Shown: in pieces, positions 9,371-19,983 of the stretch
Numbering within the stretch: position 1 is the first letter of the stretch
Layout: the number at the start of each line of letters is the position of its first letter
NCBI GenBank assembly: GCA_001029755.1
Contig: CP011214.1
Coordinates: 273,564 to 337,563 of the forward strand
Direction: 5' to 3'
DNA: 64,000 nt
From: Candidatus Woesebacteria bacterium GW2011_GWF1_31_35
GTDB taxonomy: Bacteria > Patescibacteriota > Microgenomatia > UBA8517
The notes under the pieces: generated by a model
Database searches by the model: none
Told to the model about the DNA's origin: nothing
What the model saw: only the letters and a program-made list of their open reading frames with translations
Made by a program: the position numbers and the translations under genes

Positions 9371-9455
9371 GGAGGGTGGGCAGGACGGCAATGCGCGGGT
9401 TTCGAAAACCCGTGGGAGCAATCCCTAACAGGTTCGACTCCTGTATCCTCCGCCA
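9371..9455 (+). tRNA. tRNA-Ser(CGA)
   Basis: CGGGT-TTCGAAA-ACCCG anticodon arm; long variable arm; encoded CCA. Confidence 0.92.
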
Positions 9456-9476
9456 ATCTGTGTTAAAATACCTTTT

Positions 9477-9914
9477 ATGAAAATTATTAATAATGAAATT
9501 TTGGTAGGTGGAGCTGTTATTTTTAAAGAAGGAAGAGGTAAAAAACATTTCTTACTTTCTAAAAATGCAGAAGGAAATTGGGAAATATTAAAAACTACAG
9601 TTAGAAGAGGTGAGTCTTCAGTTAGATCAGTTATTCGTTACACATCAGAACAAGGGAACATGGCTACAAGAGTTTTAGATGAAGTAGGAAGAGCAGTAGG
9701 AGCAGGAACAGTTAACAACAGAAGTATAACTTTTAAATATATTTATTATTTAATGCTTTTTAAAGCAGGTGCTGAAATTACTGGCATGGGTGAGATTTCT
9801 TGGTTTGATAAAGATCAAGCAATTAAAAAACTAACTTTAAAAAGAGAAAAAGATATGATTAAGACCGCAAATACAATGATTAAAGAATGGGAAAAGTTAA
9901 ACAAGAAAAAATAA
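9477..9914 (+). CDS. Degenerate NUDIX-fold protein
   Basis: GESSVRSVIRYTSEQG resembles a decayed Nudix box. Confidence 0.6.
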   Translation: MKIINNEILVGGAVIFKEGRGKKHFLLSKNAEGNWEILKTTVRRGESSVRSVIRYTSEQGNMATRVLDEVGRAVGAGTVNNRSITFKYIYYLMLFKAGAEITGMGEISWFDKDQAIKKLTLKREKDMIKTANTMIKEWEKLNKKK

Positions 9915-10336
9915 TTCGTGAGTTTTCTTCAGGGGGTGTAGTTTTTAAAAAGAATAAATGGTTAGTTACGAAATCTTCAGTTAGTGATCTTTATCCAAAA
10001 GCAGTTTGGAGGCTTCCCAAAGGTTGGATAGATGAAGGTGAAACTCTAGAGGAAACAGCAATTAGAGAAGTAAAAGAAGAAGGTGGAGTTGAAGCTAAAA
10101 TTATAGATAAAATTGAGACTATTAAGTATTTCTATAGCTCTTCAGGCAAAGGTAGGATTTTAAAATTTGTGACATTTTTCTTAATGGAATGGACAAAAGA
10201 TTTAATTGGAGGTTTTGGAGATGAAACATCAAAAACTATTTGGCTTCCTTTTGAAAAAGCATATAAACTTTTAAGTTTTTCTAGTGAGAAACAAATTCTT
10301 AAAGAAGCAAAAGAGATTTTAACCCGAGGGTTATAA
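9887..10336 (+). CDS. NUDIX hydrolase
   Basis: LPKGWIDEGETLEETAIREVKEEGG Nudix box. Confidence 0.9.
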   Translation: MGKVKQEKIIREFSSGGVVFKKNKWLVTKSSVSDLYPKAVWRLPKGWIDEGETLEETAIREVKEEGGVEAKIIDKIETIKYFYSSSGKGRILKFVTFFLMEWTKDLIGGFGDETSKTIWLPFEKAYKLLSFSSEKQILKEAKEILTRGL

Positions 10337-10389
10337 GAAAATACAAATTTGGTATTGCTTATTTATTCGGATTTAATTAGGATTAATTA

Positions 10390-10803
10390 ATGGGTATGTC
10401 TAATCGTGAGTTAACAATATTAGGTGCAGCACTGTATGCCTGTGAAGGTGCCAAAGAACGAATTGATAACAGAGGTAGAAAACAATATGCTATTGATTTT
10501 ACAAATAATGATCCTAGATTAATAAAGTGGTTTTTAAAATTTCTTAGAAATAATTTTAAAGTTGAAGAAGATCGAATTAAGGCACAACTTTTTATTTACC
10601 CTGACCATAATGAACAAAAATTAGTAAATTTTTGGGTAAAAACGACACAAATTCCAAAAATTAGGTTTAATAAGGTTATGCACTTGATTCAAAAAAGTGG
10701 ACGCTTTAAGCCAAGTATTTATGGAACAATGAAGGTGAGATATCATCATAAGGAGCACTTCTTAAAATTGAAAGGTATAATAGACAGAGTTTTCGAAATT
10801 TGA
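10390..10803 (+). CDS. Single-motif LAGLIDADG-like protein without HTH
   Basis: LYACEGAK, FTNNDP, FWV, YGTM motifs. Confidence 0.65.
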   Translation: MGMSNRELTILGAALYACEGAKERIDNRGRKQYAIDFTNNDPRLIKWFLKFLRNNFKVEEDRIKAQLFIYPDHNEQKLVNFWVKTTQIPKIRFNKVMHLIQKSGRFKPSIYGTMKVRYHHKEHFLKLKGIIDRVFEI

Positions 10804-10807
10804 AAAT

Positions 10808-10900
<93 letters not shown>

Positions 10901-10919
10901 TAAGTTATATAATAAAAAT

Positions 10920-11222
10920 ATGAAAGGTTTTATAAATTTTATTAGAGAACAAGGTGTTGTTGGTTTAGCTGTTGGTTTTATTTTAGGTGGTGCTGTTTCT
11001 AAATTAGTTAGTGCAATTGTAACTGATTTGGTAAATCCTTTGGTTGGTTTTGCCTTAGGATCAATCGTAAATTTCAAAGATGCATATTTGAAAGTTGGTT
11101 CTGCAAAATTAATGTACGGTGATTTAATTGGCACCTTAATCGACTTTATTATTATTGCACTTGTTGTCTATTTTGGGGTAAAACTTTTAAAACTTGATAA
11201 ACTAGATAAGAAAAAAGAATAG
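10920..11222 (+). CDS. mscL: Large-conductance mechanosensitive channel
   Basis: FINFIREQGVVGLAVGFILGGA; start moved to ATG 10920 because the track start lies inside the tRNA. Confidence 0.88.
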   Translation: MKGFINFIREQGVVGLAVGFILGGAVSKLVSAIVTDLVNPLVGFALGSIVNFKDAYLKVGSAKLMYGDLIGTLIDFIIIALVVYFGVKLLKLDKLDKKKE

Positions 11223-11288
11223 TTATTATTTTATTCAAAAATATTAAATTCAGATTTACTTCGGTATTTATGTTAAACTACGCCTAGA

Positions 11289-13037
11289 ATGAACAACAAC
11301 CAAATAGAAGAAGTTAAAAGCAAGGTTGATATTGTTTCTTTAATTTCAGAATACATAGAACTTAAAAAAGCTGGAAGAAATTATAAAGCCAATTGTCCAT
11401 TCCACGGAGAAAAAACTCCCTCCTTTATGGTCTCTCCAGAACTTCAAATATATAAGTGTTTTGGCTGCGGTGAAAACGGTGATTGCTTCACTTTTTTAGA
11501 AAAACATGAAGGAATGGAATTTGGTGAAGCTTTAAAATATTTAGCTGATAAGGTTGGAGTTAAATTAATTTCTTTTAAATCCGATGCAGCAAGTGAAAAA
11601 GAAAAAATTATTGAAATTAATAAAAGTACTCTAAATTTCTATGAATATGTTCTATTAACTCACCCACAAGGTAAAAAAGCTTTAGAATATTTGATTAAAG
11701 ATAGAGGATTAAATCTTGAAACTATAAATAAATTTCAAATTGGGTTTTCTCCAGAAAGTTTTGATGCATTACCTAAATATTTGACTGAGAAGAAAAATTT
11801 TAAATCTATTGATTTGGAAAAAGCAGGAATAATTATTGGTGGTGGAGGAAGAGCCTTCGATAGATTTAGGGGCAGAGTAATTTTTCCTCTTTTTGATCAT
11901 AGGGGACAAGTTATTGGTTTTGCAGGAAGAATTCTACCTTGGGTAAGACAAGATATGGCTAAGTATATTAATTCTCCCGAAACTCCTGCATACCATAAAT
12001 CTAAAGTTTTATATGGCTTAAACATCACCAAGAATGAAATAAGAGATGAAAAGTATGCAATTGTTGTTGAGGGAGAACTTGACATGATTTCTTCTTACCA
12101 AGCAGGTATTAAAAATGTAATTGCTATTAAAGGTTCTGCATTAACTGAGGATCAAATTAGATTAATTGGAAGATTTGTTAAAAAGATTGTCCTTTGTCTT
12201 GACTCTGACTTTGCTGGGGACGAAGCAGCAAAAAGAGGAGCAATACTAGCTGAAAATTTGGGATTTGAAGTTAAAGTAGCACGTCTTATTGGATTTAAAG
12301 ATCCTGATGAAATTGCCCGTGCTAATCCCGAACTTTATAAAAAAGCAATTGAAGACTCAATTGGTATTTGGGATTTTTTAATAGATTTAACGTTTAAAAA
12401 ATATAATTCGGGAACTGGAGAAGGGAAGGCAAAAATAAGTGCTGAAATAATTCCTTTAATTTCTTTAATTCAAGATAATATTGTTAAGGCTCATTATATT
12501 GAAATTCTTTCAAGAAAACTTTCTGTTCCAGTTGAAGCTGTAACCGACGAAATCAATAAACAAGAAACTGACAAAACAAAAACTAAATTAGAAGATTTAA
12601 TAATTACTAAATTGCAAAAAAATAGAAAACAACTTTTAGAAGAAAGATTATTAATTAATGCGATTTCGACCAATCCAAGAGTAATCCTTAAAAAAGATAT
12701 TAAAAATTTATTTTCATCTGTTTTTCCTTTAAGAATTTTGGAAGAGCTTGAAAAATATTTTACCAATAATGACAGATTTAATTTGTCTAAGTTCACAAAC
12801 GACTTACCAAAAGAACTGGTTAGTGGTTTTTCTGAAATAGTTTTAGAAAACTCAGAAGATGAAAACATTGAAAATATTATTAAAGAATTAAGAATTGCAG
12901 ATCTAAGACATAAAATGGAGGAATTGGGTGCAAAAATTAGAGAATCCGAAGATGATAATGATTTAATTAAGCTTTCAAAATTACAAAATACATTTGCAGA
13001 TACAGCAAAAGATCTTTCTGCACTTGAGGAAGAATAA
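11289..13037 (+). CDS. dnaG: DNA primase
   Basis: CPFH..KTPSF..CFGC zinc finger, KYINSPET, VEGELD Toprim. Confidence 0.97.
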   Translation: MNNNQIEEVKSKVDIVSLISEYIELKKAGRNYKANCPFHGEKTPSFMVSPELQIYKCFGCGENGDCFTFLEKHEGMEFGEALKYLADKVGVKLISFKSDAASEKEKIIEINKSTLNFYEYVLLTHPQGKKALEYLIKDRGLNLETINKFQIGFSPESFDALPKYLTEKKNFKSIDLEKAGIIIGGGGRAFDRFRGRVIFPLFDHRGQVIGFAGRILPWVRQDMAKYINSPETPAYHKSKVLYGLNITKNEIRDEKYAIVVEGELDMISSYQAGIKNVIAIKGSALTEDQIRLIGRFVKKIVLCLDSDFAGDEAAKRGAILAENLGFEVKVARLIGFKDPDEIARANPELYKKAIEDSIGIWDFLIDLTFKKYNSGTGEGKAKISAEIIPLISLIQDNIVKAHYIEILSRKLSVPVEAVTDEINKQETDKTKTKLEDLIITKLQKNRKQLLEERLLINAISTNPRVILKKDIKNLFSSVFPLRILEELEKYFTNNDRFNLSKFTNDLPKELVSGFSEIVLENSEDENIENIIKELRIADLRHKMEELGAKIRESEDDNDLIKLSKLQNTFADTAKDLSALEEE

Positions 13038-13111
13038 TTTGAGCGTATAATTTGAAAAGAAGCACTAATAAAATTTAGTGCCATTTGTATTTTTTAAAAA
13101 TTAAAATAAAC

Positions 13112-14191
13112 ATGATACGAAAACAGATTGTAGAAATTATTAAAAAGGCCAGAGATCAAGGATTTTTAACACAGGAAGAAATATTAGAAATTTTTCCAGA
13201 TGCTGAAAATCGTATTAATGAACTTGATGATTTGTATGATCAACTTCTTTCAGAAGGAATTGATGTTTTTGAATCAGTAACATCAGACGAAACAGATACA
13301 GTTGAAACTTCAAAGGAAAAACTTGATAAAGAAATAGAACTTCTAACAAGGCTTGAGGGTATTGAATCGACAGATCCAGTAAGACAGTATTTAAGAGAAA
13401 TAGGAAGAGTACCGCTTTTAAATGCTGAAGATGAAATTGAATATGCTAAACGATATGAGAAGGCTGATAAGAGGGCGAAAGATAAATTAACAGAGAGTAA
13501 TTTAAGATTAGTTGTTTCGATTGCCAAAAAATATATAGGCAGAGGTCTATCACTTCTTGATTTAATTCAGGAAGGAAATCAAGGACTTATTCGTGCTGTT
13601 GAAAAATATGACTGGAGAAAAGGATACAAGTTTTCAACCTATGCTACTTGGTGGATTAGGCAGGCAATAACTAGAGCAATTGCTGATCAAGCAAGAACAA
13701 TTAGAATTCCCGTCCACATGGTTGAAACTATAAATAAACTTTATAGGATTAGTAGAAGATTAATGCAAGAATTAGGCAGAGAACCTACTCCTGAGGAAAT
13801 TGGAGAAGAAGTAGAATTAGAACCAGATAGAGTCAGAGAAATATTTAAAATTGCTCAAGAAACTACTTCTCTTGAGGCTCCTGTAGGAGAAGATCAAGAA
13901 AGTATTTTGGGTGATTTTATTCCAGATGAAAGTCAACTTTCACCAGTTGATCAGGCTAGTAAACAACTTTTAAAAGATCATTTAGATGAAGTTTTAGGAA
14001 CATTAACTGAAAGAGAAGCTAAAGTTTTAAAACTTCGATTTGGTCTTGAAGGAACAAAACAAATGACACTTGAGGAAGTTGGAAAAGTTTTTGGAGTAAC
14101 CAGAGAAAGAATAAGACAAATTGAAGCCAAGGCATTAAGAAAACTTAAGCATCCAAGTCGTCGTAAAAAACTCCAAGATTATCTGGATTAA
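13112..14191 (+). CDS. rpoD: Primary sigma factor
   Basis: [44 protein letters not shown]; ATG start at 13112 preferred. Confidence 0.96.
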   Translation: MIRKQIVEIIKKARDQGFLTQEEILEIFPDAENRINELDDLYDQLLSEGIDVFESVTSDETDTVETSKEKLDKEIELLTRLEGIESTDPVRQYLREIGRVPLLNAEDEIEYAKRYEKADKRAKDKLTESNLRLVVSIAKKYIGRGLSLLDLIQEGNQGLIRAVEKYDWRKGYKFSTYATWWIRQAITRAIADQARTIRIPVHMVETINKLYRISRRLMQELGREPTPEEIGEEVELEPDRVREIFKIAQETTSLEAPVGEDQESILGDFIPDESQLSPVDQASKQLLKDHLDEVLGTLTEREAKVLKLRFGLEGTKQMTLEEVGKVFGVTRERIRQIEAKALRKLKHPSRRKKLQDYLD

Positions 14192-14238
14192 TATCGGATA
14201 ATCTCAATATTTGACATATCCGATACGATATGTAACAA
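14192..14238 (+). promoter_or_regulatory. Inverted repeat overlapping the fic promoter
   Basis: TATCGGATA (14192-14200) and TATCCGATA (14217-14225) flank TTGACA (14211). Confidence 0.5.
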
Positions 14239-14245
14239 TCAAAAT

Positions 14246-15175
14246 ATGATTTTAGATTTTAAAATTTTTACCAGTATTCAAGAAAAAAAGAAAAAAATAG
14301 ATGAAGTTCGGCCATTATCAAAATCTTTAGTTAATAAAATTAGAGAACAGGTTATCATTGAATGGACTTATAATTCGAATGCGATTGAAGGAACAAGGCT
14401 TTCTTTAAAAGAAACGGAACTTGTTATTGAACAAGGACTAACAATTAAAGGAATTCCCTTAAAGGATCATTTTGAAGCATTAAATCACAAAGAGGCAATT
14501 CTTTTTTTAGAAAAAACAATTAAAAAAGGGAATATAAAACTAGACAGTTTTCTTATCCGTCAAATTCATCGGCTAATTTTATATAAAATTGATCAGGAAA
14601 ATGCTGGAAAGTATAGAGATGTGCAAGTTAAGATTTCAGGTTCATCATATTTACCTCCATCAGCTTTGGAGGTGCCGATTAAAATGAGATCCTTTGACAA
14701 ATGGCTTAAAGATTCAAAAAATAAAAGGGATTTAATTGATTATTCTGCTTTAGCACATTTTAAATTAGTTAATATTCATCCTTTTATTGATGGTAATGGA
14801 AGAACTTCGCGGCTTTTGATGAATTTAATTTTAATGAATAAGGGATATCCTCCAACAATAATTTTAAAAAGTGATAGGCCAAAATATTATCAAGTTTTAG
14901 ATTTTGCACATAAAGGTAATGTAAAGCCTTTTATTGATTTCATTGGAAAAAATGTAGAAAGATCATTAACTTGGTATCTGGATGCAGTAACTCCTGAAAA
15001 GAGAAAGGAGGGTGTCGATAAATGGCAATTATTGTCACAAATTGCTCCCAAAACTCCATTTTCCCAAGAATATTTAAGTCTTTTGGCAAGAAGGGGAAGA
15101 ATTGAAGCGGTCAAAAAAAATAGAGATTGGTATTCAAATTTAAAAGCTGTTAATGAATATATTAAAAATAAATAA
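14246..15175 (+). CDS. Fic family protein with C-terminal HTH-like domain
   Basis: HPFIDGNGRTSR catalytic motif; SNAIEG inhibitory motif; FSQEYLSLLARRGRIEAVK tail. Confidence 0.92.
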   Translation: MILDFKIFTSIQEKKKKIDEVRPLSKSLVNKIREQVIIEWTYNSNAIEGTRLSLKETELVIEQGLTIKGIPLKDHFEALNHKEAILFLEKTIKKGNIKLDSFLIRQIHRLILYKIDQENAGKYRDVQVKISGSSYLPPSALEVPIKMRSFDKWLKDSKNKRDLIDYSALAHFKLVNIHPFIDGNGRTSRLLMNLILMNKGYPPTIILKSDRPKYYQVLDFAHKGNVKPFIDFIGKNVERSLTWYLDAVTPEKRKEGVDKWQLLSQIAPKTPFSQEYLSLLARRGRIEAVKKNRDWYSNLKAVNEYIKNK

Positions 15176-15184
15176 TTTAAAATA

Positions 15185-15799
15185 TTAATATCTTTGTCCT
15201 TTAGGTTTTGGAACAAATGGATGAATTTCTGAGACTTCTTTAGGCATTTGTTTATAAGTAAATAATATTTTATCAATGTAATTTCCCAGGTCTCTATAAA
15301 GATAAATATTATCTAATTCAATGTCATCTGCAGTTACAGTATTATTAAGTTCTTCATCCACTGTTTTAACTGTGGTTCTAGCATGAACTATGACAGTTCC
15401 AATTTTAAGTTGTTTCCAGAGCATGTTAGGAGAAAATGTTTTTACCTTTACCGCTTCGTCCCAACTTAAAGTTCTTACATTAGTTGCAAAAAAATTTGTT
15501 GGATCAAAACGAACAATTCTTCTATCTGTAATGTAGGAAATGTTTCTTTTTTGAAAATTATTAATAATTTTAGTGCCAATAATTAGTATAGTAATAGGTA
15601 CAATTACTCCTAAAATACGGAAAACATTTACTTCTTTAGGAATAGCACCTGCAAGATAAAAAAGTATGATAAAAGTGATGACTGTAACTAAATAAATTTT
15701 AATAAGGCCGACAATTCTTGCGATTGGATGAGGTTTTGTAACGTATAAAATTTTTTCGTTTTCTTGTTGCCCGTAAAATGATGTTTTTGTATTTATCAT
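15185..15799 (-). CDS. Membrane protein with PH-like domain
   Basis: Two TMs, then YITDRRIV. Confidence 0.6.
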   Translation of the reverse strand: MINTKTSFYGQQENEKILYVTKPHPIARIVGLIKIYLVTVITFIILFYLAGAIPKEVNVFRILGVIVPITILIIGTKIINNFQKRNISYITDRRIVRFDPTNFFATNVRTLSWDEAVKVKTFSPNMLWKQLKIGTVIVHARTTVKTVDEELNNTVTADDIELDNIYLYRDLGNYIDKILFTYKQMPKEVSEIHPFVPKPKGQRY

Positions 15800-15851
15800 T
15801 TTAAATTTTTAATTGTAATTATTATTTTAACAAAGAGTTACAATAGTTGGT

Positions 15852-16403
15852 ATGGGACAATTTGTTTCAAGAGCTGGAGAAAAACTTCAGTTTGCGCTAG
15901 ATACTTTTAATTTTTCTCCAAAAGATTTAATTGTGGCTGATTTTGGAAGTTCTACTGGAGGATTTGTTGATTGTTTGCTTTTTAATGGGGCAAAAAAAGT
16001 TTATTCCGTCGATACTTCATACGGGGAACTTGCTTGGAAACTTAGAAATGATCCTAAGATTGTTGTCATGGAAAGAACTAATGCAATGCATGTTAGCTTA
16101 CCTTTAAAAGTAGACTTAATTACAATAGATACTGCCTGGACAAAACAAATATTAATTTTACCTAACGCATTTAATAATTTAAAAGAAAAAGGCATTATAA
16201 TTTCTTTAATTAAACCACATTATGAAGCTCCAAAAGAATATCTTGAAAAAGGAAGACTTAAAGATGAAAAGATAAATGAAGTATTAGAAAAAGTTAAAAA
16301 TGACATTATTGCAATTGGTGGAAATTTAATAAATTTAATAGAGTCTCCAATTGTAGGGGAGAAGGGAAAAAATAAAGAATTTTTAGCATTAATTTCAAAT
16401 TGA
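15852..16403 (+). CDS. tlyA: TlyA family RNA methyltransferase lacking the S4 domain
   Basis: FVSRAGEKL, DFGSSTGGFVDCLL, LIKPHYE, GNKEFL-like motifs. Confidence 0.85.
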   Translation: MGQFVSRAGEKLQFALDTFNFSPKDLIVADFGSSTGGFVDCLLFNGAKKVYSVDTSYGELAWKLRNDPKIVVMERTNAMHVSLPLKVDLITIDTAWTKQILILPNAFNNLKEKGIIISLIKPHYEAPKEYLEKGRLKDEKINEVLEKVKNDIIAIGGNLINLIESPIVGEKGKNKEFLALISN

Positions 16404-16440
16404 TTTGGAGAAATTAACTGGTATAATTTTTTTTAAACTA

Positions 16441-17151
16441 GTGAAAAAAATAAAAAGAGCAATTTTAAAACTAAGTGGAGAATTATTTAGTGAAAAGAGT
16501 AACCATATTAGTTTTCTTCAATATGACTTAGTTGCTAGAAAATTAATTAAAATCCAAAAAGAAACAAAAATAGAGCTAGCTGTTGTTGTTGGTGGGGGGA
16601 ATATCTTCAGGGGTAGAGAGGCAAATAATAGGGTTGACCATAATGAAGCTGATTCTATGGGGATGCTAGCAACTGTTATTAACGGTATAGGTCTAAAAGA
16701 AGCACTGGTAAGAAATGGAGCATCTGATACTAGATTAATGACTTCAATTAGTATTCCCCAAATGGCGGAGCTTTATATTAGAAATAAAGGCAGACATCAT
16801 TTAGCACATAGTAGATTAGTTATTATTGCAGGAGGATTGGGAATTCCAAATTTTTCAACAGATTCAGCTGTTGCTCAATTTGCAGATGAATTACGTTGCG
16901 AAATGATTTTTAAAGCAAGTACTGTTGATGGAGTATATGATTCTGATCCGAAGGAAAATAAAAGAGCTAAAAAATATTCTAATTTAACCTATCAACAAGC
17001 CTTAGATCAAAGACTTAAAGTAATTGATGCAACTGCCTTTACAATGTCGGAAAAATCAGGGATTCCAATATTTGTATTTAATATTAAAAAACTTCATAGA
17101 TTACCAGACATTATTAAAGGGGATTTATCTTTTGGAACTTTAATTAATTAA
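16441..17151 (+). CDS. pyrH: UMP kinase
   Basis: LKLSGE, VVGGGNIFRG, DSMGMLAT, FSTDS, DGVYDSDP. Confidence 0.93.
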   Translation: MKKIKRAILKLSGELFSEKSNHISFLQYDLVARKLIKIQKETKIELAVVVGGGNIFRGREANNRVDHNEADSMGMLATVINGIGLKEALVRNGASDTRLMTSISIPQMAELYIRNKGRHHLAHSRLVIIAGGLGIPNFSTDSAVAQFADELRCEMIFKASTVDGVYDSDPKENKRAKKYSNLTYQQALDQRLKVIDATAFTMSEKSGIPIFVFNIKKLHRLPDIIKGDLSFGTLIN

Positions 17152-17171
17152 ATTATTAATAATTTAAATTT

Positions 17172-18668
17172 TTATATTACAAGTAATCCAATAAAACCAA
17201 CAATAATTAGATAAATTAAACAGGGTATTATTACCGCCTTTAGTACAAATCTAGTTTTATTATGTAATCCAACAACTGCTTCTGCAGTAATGATATCAGC
17301 AAGAGCAATCATGTTTCCTGCTGCTGCACCAACTAAGCCCAGAGCAAGTATTTTTGCAGTATCAAAATTCATAACATGACTTGCAGTATTTAGAAAATTT
17401 CCAAACATAATGTTTGATACTGTTGCACTACCTGTTAAAAAGCTTCCAAATGCACCAACGAAAGGAGCTAAGAAAGGAAGGAATGAAACCTCAAATCCTT
17501 TAGCTATCATACTAAGTAAAGAAAGTTTTCCTGATAAATTAAATCCCGAATTAATAATTAATTGTGCAGCTACTGACATTAAAGCAATTACTATAAATGG
17601 CTCCAAACCTCTTCTAAATGCAATTTTCAAACTATTTGTTGTTAATTTTTTTCTACCCCAAAATAAAGAAACTGGTAGCCCTGCGAAAAGAAAGGCAAGA
17701 CCTGGATTAAAAAGATTTAAATTGTATATTAAACCCCAAGGAAAGTTAATTTTAATTTGTCCTAGACTAAATTTACCAACTATTAAAAGTAGAATTAACA
17801 GAAAATATGGAAGAACTATTTTATAGAAAGGAAGTTTCACTTCAGGAGCATTTGTGTCCTGCAAAGTTCTTATCTGTTTAGGTATAAAGATTTTTAAACG
17901 AATTGTAATTAACACTAACCCTAAACCAACTAAAGATCCAATTATTGATGGAAATTCTTGACCTAAGGGAACAATAAGTAAAGAGGGTACAACAAAAGCG
18001 ATACCTGACCAAATAGCAAAAGGTAAAGCCTCCCAAAAACTTCTTTTTCTATCATTTTGTTGGGAAGTAATAAACATAAGCATAAAGACAGGAACTAAAA
18101 ATCCGACTAAATTAAAAAGTGCTGCAAAATGTGGTACACCAGTAATATTAAGTCCTTCAAATCCTACTCTTATTGGTGTTCCTGCCGCGCCAAAGGCAAC
18201 AGATGTAGAGTTTCCAAGTAAAGATAATATTACAGCTGTTAGAGGTGAAGTTCCAAGACTAACCAGAAGGGGGGCGACAATTGTTGATGGTGTACCAAAT
18301 CCGGCTGTCCCTTCAATAAAATTTTCTAAAAACCAAGCAAGAAGTATTACTTGTACACGGTAATCTTTCAAAAAAGTTTCCATAAAAAAGCGGACGTTAT
18401 CAATTATTTTAATATCCTTTAAAACTTCTAAGAAAAATATTGCTCCTAATATAATTACAAATATATCTAAGGAAACGAGTGTTCCTTTTATGATTGAATT
18501 TATTAAATAAATAGGGATCATCTGCCAATAAAAAATTTGCAAGATCAAAATTACTAAAAACATAGTTAGTGTTGACCAGAGAAGTGGAACTTTTTTCCAA
18601 AGAAGAAGAAAAAGAAACAGTAAAAAGGGTAGTATTGATAGAAATGAAATAAAATTAAACTCCATCAC
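17172..18668 (-). CDS. L-lactate permease family transporter
   Basis: FIEGTAGFGTP, VAFGAAGTP, GSFLTGSATVSNIMFG. Confidence 0.88.
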   Translation of the reverse strand: MMEFNFISFLSILPFLLFLFLLLWKKVPLLWSTLTMFLVILILQIFYWQMIPIYLINSIIKGTLVSLDIFVIILGAIFFLEVLKDIKIIDNVRFFMETFLKDYRVQVILLAWFLENFIEGTAGFGTPSTIVAPLLVSLGTSPLTAVILSLLGNSTSVAFGAAGTPIRVGFEGLNITGVPHFAALFNLVGFLVPVFMLMFITSQQNDRKRSFWEALPFAIWSGIAFVVPSLLIVPLGQEFPSIIGSLVGLGLVLITIRLKIFIPKQIRTLQDTNAPEVKLPFYKIVLPYFLLILLLIVGKFSLGQIKINFPWGLIYNLNLFNPGLAFLFAGLPVSLFWGRKKLTTNSLKIAFRRGLEPFIVIALMSVAAQLIINSGFNLSGKLSLLSMIAKGFEVSFLPFLAPFVGAFGSFLTGSATVSNIMFGNFLNTASHVMNFDTAKILALGLVGAAAGNMIALADIITAEAVVGLHNKTRFVLKAVIIPCLIYLIIVGFIGLLVI

Positions 18669-18745
18669 AAATAATTATATTATATTTATCTCTTTTTAGA
18701 ATAAAATCTTTTGTTAAAATTAAAAACTTGAGTAAGATTTTAAAG

Positions 18746-19336
18746 TTAACTAAGACCCTTAATTTTATTAATAATTTCAGTTGATGAAGTTGGATTTAAA
18801 AAGTCAGGCACAGTTCTTTCTACTTTTTTAAAATTAATCCCTAAATTGCTACAAAGTTTGGCTTTTATATCAATTGCCGAATCATCACTATTGATGACAA
18901 AAACATCAGGGTTTAGTAACTTTAATACTTTCCCAAAATCAACCTTTCCTTCTCCAATCTCTCTATTATTTAAAATTACATAGTCAACATCTTTGTATGA
19001 AGCTACTAAATACGCTCTATTCATTTCTGGATTAATTGGCCTACCTTCTCTTTTAAGTGTTTTTAAAGTTGAGTCTCTTCCTATACCCATAACTACAATT
19101 ATTTCAGTGTCATTTAATAACTTTCCTTTTTCTAAGGCAACACCTTCACCAACTAAACGTAATTGTTCTGTAAAAATGGGGTGTCCAGGTTGAGCAACAT
19201 CCATACATCCAGTAGCAAAAACAATTATTGAATTAGGATTTTCAATCTTTATATTAGAAATCTCTTGAATTCCCTCTGGAGTTTCAGAATCAAAAATTAT
19301 TTCTTTATATTTTCCTACCCCTTGTTCTTTATGCAT
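18746..19336 (-). CDS. Cytidylyltransferase-like (RfaE domain II) protein
   Basis: ATGCMDVAQPGH (HxGH variant), RPINPE, SSTEII. Confidence 0.7.
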   Translation of the reverse strand: MHKEQGVGKYKEIIFDSETPEGIQEISNIKIENPNSIIVFATGCMDVAQPGHPIFTEQLRLVGEGVALEKGKLLNDTEIIVVMGIGRDSTLKTLKREGRPINPEMNRAYLVASYKDVDYVILNNREIGEGKVDFGKVLKLLNPDVFVINSDDSAIDIKAKLCSNLGINFKKVERTVPDFLNPTSSTEIINKIKGLS

Positions 19337-19398
19337 ACAAAGTATTTTAGCAAAAAAATCTATAAATTAAAGTTTAAACTATAGTTTAAACCAACTAA

Positions 19399-19983
19399 AT
19401 GTTTTTATTAAAGAAAAATTATTGGGAAATATTAAAAACAAAAGAAAAAGGTTATGGTGTTTTTCTTAAGAAAAAGATTACAAAAGGAACAATTATTGGT
19501 GATTATATTGGAAAGGTAATCGAAACTTCCAAATATAACTTGAAAAATGATAAAAATGGACTTTATTTAATGTACTATACAGACAAAGCAGCAATTTATC
19601 CAAATCTTAAAAAACCTGGAATTCATCTTCTAAATCATTCTTGTAAACCAAACTGTTGGATTTATACATATTGTGGCCATACTTTATTTTTTGCAATTAG
19701 AAATATTAAAGCAGGGGAGGAACTTACTATTTCATATTTACTTCCCCCAAAAGATGCGACTTGTAATCCTTGTACCCACAATTGTAGATGTGGAAGTAAA
19801 ACTTGCACGGGTACAATGCATTTAACTAAAGAAAAATTTAAAAAATGGCAAAAATTTCAAGACAAAGAGAAGAAAAAGACCAAAATAGCTAAGTTTGTAT
19901 TTGGAAAAAATCTTCTAAAACTTAAACTATATCCAAAAATAATTCCCAATAACTCAATTTATAAGGTAATTACTTACCTTTGA
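19399..19983 (+). CDS. SET domain protein-lysine methyltransferase
   Basis: KGYGVF, NHSCKPNC, GEELTISY, post-SET CRCGSKTC. Confidence 0.9.
   Translation: MFLLKKNYWEILKTKEKGYGVFLKKKITKGTIIGDYIGKVIETSKYNLKNDKNGLYLMYYTDKAAIYPNLKKPGIHLLNHSCKPNCWIYTYCGHTLFFAIRNIKAGEELTISYLLPPKDATCNPCTHNCRCGSKTCTGTMHLTKEKFKKWQKFQDKEKKKTKIAKFVFGKNLLKLKLYPKIIPNNSIYKVITYL

Noticed and set aside
9345-9548. 67-aa minus-strand ORF
   Set aside because: Antisense to tRNA-Ser(CGA) and the next gene.
12494-13084. 196-aa minus-strand ORF and similar Ser/Phe/Leu-rich antisense ORFs across the window
   Set aside because: Codon-bias shadows of well-supported genes on the opposite strand.
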